Of a stretch of DNA of 29,250 nucleotides, positions 25,573 through 29,250 are shown piece after piece (positions within the stretch are counted from its first letter, which is position 1; each line of letters begins with the position of its first letter). The DNA comes from a virus (lineage: Duplodnaviria > Caudoviricetes). The translations under genes were made by a program, and so were the position numbers. The stretch is from positions 1 through 29,250 of IMG/VR virus record IMGVR_UViG_3300017766_000528, one strand, 5' to 3'. The notes beneath the pieces were generated by a model, which did no database searches, had not been told where the DNA came from, and saw only the letters and a program-made list of their open reading frames with translations.

Positions 25573-26309
25573 AGTCGTACCTTTCTGCTGTCCCAGTCGT
25601 ACTCGTCCATCCGGAGAATCCGGGCCATCCTTGCCTGATTCACCGCGAACTCTGCGGTAAATCCGTTGGCGACAAACGCATCTTCAACCTCCTGCCAAGT
25701 TCCATGCTTCAGGATCTTTGCAGCAGTCACGGGGCCGACGCCTTCAAGTCCGGGATATCCATCGGCCTTGTCTCCGGTCAGGGTCTGCAACAGCCAGTTC
25801 CTGTCGGCTTCCTCGGAATTCACGAAGGTAAATGCGTCGTGATCCGGGTTGTAGATCCACCCCGGGATTGTCTTGAAGTCCTTGTCGGTGGAGATGATGA
25901 GGGAAGTGAGGCCACGGTGGTTGTCTCTGGTGTGGCACAGGCCGATGAGATCGTCAGCCTCGATGCCGTCCTCGACCATGCAGTGGTACTTCTCGTCAAG
26001 CATCTCCTTCAGGGCTTTGAATCCAGCGGGCTTTCGCACCTTCTTCCGATGAGCCTTGTACGCCGGATAAAGGTCCTTGCGGAAGTTTCCCGAGCCGGTG
26101 AAATGGATGGTGAGGCTTCCCTTCGCCATGGCCTTGTACTTTGCCATGATCGCCTCGGCCATTCCCATCGCCTCGTTCAGGTTGCAGAAGACCACATCGA
26201 GATCGTCCTCGAATCGTGCGCAGTATTCGCAAGCGGAGCAGATCCCGTAGATGAGGATGTCCCCATCGATGTGGATCCTGTCGAATGAATCGGGGAGTCT
26301 TTCAGTCAT
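25551..26309 (-). CDS. 5'-3' exonuclease (T7 gp6-like)
   Basis: HIDGDILIY, NFRK..YPAYKAHR, IEADDLIG, STDKDFKTIPG, LTGDKADGYPGLEGVG. Confidence 0.96.
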   Translation of the reverse strand: MTERLPDSFDRIHIDGDILIYGICSACEYCARFEDDLDVVFCNLNEAMGMAEAIMAKYKAMAKGSLTIHFTGSGNFRKDLYPAYKAHRKKVRKPAGFKALKEMLDEKYHCMVEDGIEADDLIGLCHTRDNHRGLTSLIISTDKDFKTIPGWIYNPDHDAFTFVNSEEADRNWLLQTLTGDKADGYPGLEGVGPVTAAKILKHGTWQEVEDAFVANGFTAEFAVNQARMARILRMDEYDWDSRKVRLWQPAKN

Positions 26310-26511
26310 CTGTGGCCGCCTCCGCCATCTTCATGGCCATGTTGGCGAGGCCCATGACTTCGTGCAGCTCCGCATTGGTAGCGCAGTGGTAATCGGTTCG
26401 CTTGCTCGTGCTGTTCTTGTATCCGATGAAGAGCATCTGGTCGTAGCGGACCTTCAGCTCCTTCAGCAGATCCTCGGTCGATGTAAATGCCAGCGGTTGA
26501 TCGTCGCTCAT
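26302..26511 (-). CDS. Hypothetical protein
   Basis: Likely start MSDDQPL at 26511 (TAATG overlap with the polymerase stop); 69 aa; stop overlaps the exonuclease start. Confidence 0.7.
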   Translation of the reverse strand: MSDDQPLAFTSTEDLLKELKVRYDQMLFIGYKNSTSKRTDYHCATNAELHEVMGLANMAMKMAEAATDD

Positions 26512-28256
26512 TAGTGGGTCTCCGCCCAGTTCTTTCCGACACGGTATTCGCCATCGAGCGGACACCTGAACTTGTAGTGAGCGCCAGCCTTCTGGATGGA
26601 CTCGACCATGATTGTACCCACCTCGTCCGCAAACTTCGGGAAGGTCATCAGCTGGTACTCGTCGTGAACGGAGGCGACTTGCATGACGGGAATCCCACGA
26701 ACCGCGTACTCCGCATGGGCAATGATGCAAGCCTTCTTCATCACGACGGCTCCCGCACTCTGCAACAGCGTGTTCAGCGCCGCGTGTGGAGAGCGGATGG
26801 GGAGATCGCGTCCATCGATGCCCTTCAGCTTGCCATTGCGGGCCACGGCTGACTCGACATCGTCCTTGAGCTTCTGGAACGCCGGGACGGCTGTAAGGAA
26901 GTTTGCACGGCTTTTCTTGCCCTTCTTCGGGTCTCCACCAAGGACAAGTCCGAGCTTGGCGTCGGCAGCTCCGTAGATCAGCGCGTAGATTCCGCCCTTG
27001 GCTTGGTTGCGGGCAGTCTTGTGGGATGGGTTGGACTTGTCCTGCTCTTGATGCGGAGCAAGGCCGAATGCCTTGGCATTCTCCCAGTGGATGTCGCAGG
27101 AGATGACCTTCTTGGCGTAGGCTCCAGCGTCGTATCGCCCGAGAAAATGAGCGAGGCAGCGCAGCTCAAGCCCACTAGCGTCAGCACCCACCAGAACCAT
27201 GCCGTCGAGAGGGATGAACAGGGAGCGATATGCCGGATCAGTCGGGATCTGCGCCATGTTGGGAGAACTATGGGTGCAACGGCCAGTAACAGCTCCGTTG
27301 GTGTTGACTCGTCCATGGATCTTTCCGTTGATGCAGAGCTTGAGCCATGCGTTGTCTCCGTCAGCCAGCTGGCCAAGGCGCTTCACGCAGGTCAGGTACT
27401 TCACGAGAAACTTCGCCTCGGGGTAATCCAGCGACTCCAGCACGGCCTCATCGACCCGTGGGCGACCGTCAGGAGTCATCTCCTGCGGGATCCATCCGTA
27501 CTTCTCGATGAGCCGATCCGCGATCTGCTGGCGGCTGCCGGGATTGAACTCCTCCACCTTGGGCTTCAGGGGCTTTCCAGTCTTCTCGCTGACGCGCGTA
27601 ATCACCTTGTCTGGGAAGATCTGACGCATCTGCGATTCGATCTCCAGCTTCTCCTTGAGCAGAGACGCATGGAGTTTCTCGGCAGCGGGGATATCGAACC
27701 TGAAGCCAGCCCTCTCCTGATCCCTGATGATCTGGGCGAACTGGTGCTCGACTGAGACTGCCTCAGGATCGAGCTTGTCAACCTCAAGGTGCTTGTACAA
27801 CTGCACCGTGACCCGGACATCCTGCTTGCAATACTCAAGCATTTCTTCGCTGTACTCAACGAAGTCGGGAGCGTCTCCCTTGTGGATGCCGAGCCTGTGT
27901 CCCCACGCCTTGAGGCTGTGGGAGCCCACGAGATCCTTCGGGAATCCGCTGTTCAAAGCCCCAAAATCGTCATTGCGGAGATCAGGATGCTTGAGCCGCG
28001 ACAAGATCAGCGTGTCGTGGAACGGCTTGTTTCGGATGAAATTGATCAGCTTGCGAAGGGCCGGAAGATCGAACGACATGATGTTGTGGCCGATCAGCCG
28101 ATCTGCGTTGTTCGCGAGATTCTTGAACTCTTCGGGAGAGACCTCGATTGGGTTTTTCCCGTCGATGCTCACCACGATGCAGTGAAGAGTCTTGAGGTCG
28201 GAGAGTTCCCTCCAGTCCTCGATCATGTTCGTCTCGATGTCGAAGAAGATATTCAT
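26511..28256 (-). CDS. DNA polymerase family A (T7 gp5-like) with 3'-5' exonuclease
   Basis: Exo motifs FDIET, GHNIMSFD, YCKQDV; GSHSLKAWG; motif A DASGLELRCLAH, motif B RNQAKGGIYALIYG, motif C VHDEYQ; ends NWAETH. Confidence 0.98.
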   Translation of the reverse strand: MNIFFDIETNMIEDWRELSDLKTLHCIVVSIDGKNPIEVSPEEFKNLANNADRLIGHNIMSFDLPALRKLINFIRNKPFHDTLILSRLKHPDLRNDDFGALNSGFPKDLVGSHSLKAWGHRLGIHKGDAPDFVEYSEEMLEYCKQDVRVTVQLYKHLEVDKLDPEAVSVEHQFAQIIRDQERAGFRFDIPAAEKLHASLLKEKLEIESQMRQIFPDKVITRVSEKTGKPLKPKVEEFNPGSRQQIADRLIEKYGWIPQEMTPDGRPRVDEAVLESLDYPEAKFLVKYLTCVKRLGQLADGDNAWLKLCINGKIHGRVNTNGAVTGRCTHSSPNMAQIPTDPAYRSLFIPLDGMVLVGADASGLELRCLAHFLGRYDAGAYAKKVISCDIHWENAKAFGLAPHQEQDKSNPSHKTARNQAKGGIYALIYGAADAKLGLVLGGDPKKGKKSRANFLTAVPAFQKLKDDVESAVARNGKLKGIDGRDLPIRSPHAALNTLLQSAGAVVMKKACIIAHAEYAVRGIPVMQVASVHDEYQLMTFPKFADEVGTIMVESIQKAGAHYKFRCPLDGEYRVGKNWAETH

Positions 28257-28435
28257 GTGTCTACCAAGTCCTCTAGGCTTTCGCCATTGTCCTCAAACCG
28301 TTCCTTGAGCTTGCGAAGGGCGACAAGGCCGATCTGCTTCACGGTATCCGGCTTGAGATCAGTGTTCTCTCTGTAGTTGTAGATTGCCGCCACTTCGCTC
28401 CACGAGAGCATATAGCGGTCGTTTTCAGTGCTCAC
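28253..28435 (-). CDS. Small sigma-70 region-4-like HTH protein
   Basis: 60 aa; LSWSEVA...TVKQIGLVALRKLK aligns by eye with RpoD region 4.2 YTLEEVG...[14 protein letters not shown]. Confidence 0.6.
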   Translation of the reverse strand: MSTENDRYMLSWSEVAAIYNYRENTDLKPDTVKQIGLVALRKLKERFEDNGESLEDLVDT

Positions 28436-28763
28436 GGATCTCGAACTCCGCGATGCGAAGCAGCAGTTTCCTGTTCTCCGCCTTGAGTCTGTGGATCGTG
28501 TCCATCACCGTCTCGGTCGGCTCCATGAGGATCGGAGTGTGCTCCCCATGCCAGCCTCCCAAGATGTTGAAGTCGAAGAACTCGATGGCATCCGTTTCAT
28601 CCATGCCTTCAGCCATCAGGTTGGCACGGATGATTGCGTTGTCGTAGACGGCGAGAGCAAGCTGGCCGCACCTCTGGCCTACGCCGATGATGGCGTTGTC
28701 GTGGCCAGTCACGAACAAAGCCTGTTCATTGTGCTCCGCTACGAATGTGCGTGGATCATGCAA
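28425..28763 (-). CDS. Conserved phage hypothetical protein
   Basis: GHDNAIIGV...AVYD....L...GM....AIEFFDFNILGGW.GEHTPI, a recurrent aquatic phage family. Confidence 0.8.
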   Translation of the reverse strand: MHDPRTFVAEHNEQALFVTGHDNAIIGVGQRCGQLALAVYDNAIIRANLMAEGMDETDAIEFFDFNILGGWHGEHTPILMEPTETVMDTIHRLKAENRKLLLRIAEFEIREH

Positions 28764-28983
28764 GCATCACCTTCCTGACTGCTTCAAGAGCCTGAACCAG
28801 CTGATTGAGGGGAACCTCGACTCTGGTGTTCTTGATGGCGCTGTTCTCAAGATCATGCTCCTCGATTGCCAGCGTGACTGTGTCGAAGTGCTCCGACCAC
28901 GCACTGAGGATCAGTGTTGTCCTGCTGATCTTCCGGTGTTCCTCGCAAGTGATTCGGATGTCAGCGGTCATTTCACCTTCCAT
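28756..28983 (-). CDS. Hypothetical protein
   Basis: AAGGAGG lies 6 nt upstream of the ATG at 28983 (alternative ATG at 28971); the track ORF start at 29097 is probably too long. Confidence 0.65.
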   Translation of the reverse strand: MEGEMTADIRITCEEHRKISRTTLILSAWSEHFDTVTLAIEEHDLENSAIKNTRVEVPLNQLVQALEAVRKVMLA

Positions 28984-29250
28984 GGCCATCCTCCTTGAAG
29001 CAGTCCCAGCCGCGAGCCTCCGCGTATTCGGATGCCGTCTGCGCTCCGAGACACACGCTCGGTCGGAGGAATGTTGCTTCCGCCCGCGCCGCATCACGCT
29101 CGTCCCTGTACAACTTCGCGTTGGCGTTCGCCTCGTCGCGCTCGGCGGTGAGGGTGCTGTTTTCTGCGCGAAGTCTTTTGATCTCTGCGATTGCCTTGTC
29201 CATCAGCGAAACAGCGTCAGGCGCAACCGCCGCAATGATGTCGTTGTCGC
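28973..29250 (-). CDS. Ead/Ea22-like coiled-coil protein, probably 5'-truncated by the window edge
   Basis: The frame stays open to the edge: ...DNDIIAAVAPDAVSLMDKAIAEIKRLRAEN, resembling the Ea22 IAAANP..V.ALL.E motif. Confidence 0.55.
   Translation of the reverse strand, partial: DNDIIAAVAPDAVSLMDKAIAEIKRLRAENSTLTAERDEANANAKLYRDERDAARAEATFLRPSVCLGAQTASEYAEARGWDCFKEDGHGR

Noticed and set aside
1-29250. tRNA, rRNA, integrase, reverse transcriptase/DGR or alternative genetic code
   Set aside because: No cloverleaf or rRNA-like sequence, no RT motifs or template/variable repeat pair seen, and core genes are full length under the standard code

Overview
The window is a ~29 kb segment of a T7-like podovirus genome (Autographiviridae-type gene order), with essentially all genes on the minus strand. 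Read right to left it carries small hypothetical genes, a family A DNA polymerase, a T7 gp6-like exonuclease, portal, scaffold, a small holin/spanin-like module, major capsid, tail tubular proteins A and B, gp13-16-like internal virion proteins, tail fibre and accessory tail or lectin-like genes, small and large terminase, and a cluster of small basic genes including an HNH nuclease. It ends in a repeat- and palindrome-rich ~1.3 kb stretch that probably spans the genome end and the start of the early region. The most notable points are: (i) a lone HTH-like gene bracketed by three exact copies of a 15-bp palindrome, GTCCAA-N3-TTGGAC; (ii) a stand-alone 60-aa sigma-70 region-4-like protein; (iii) a lysis-like module with overlapping spanin-like ORFs placed between scaffold and capsid; (iv) apparent extra domains inserted in the ejection proteins; and (v) a structured leader upstream of the capsid gene. 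No RNA polymerase, primase/helicase or endolysin is recognisable in the window. All family assignments come from motif recognition by eye, with no database searches.
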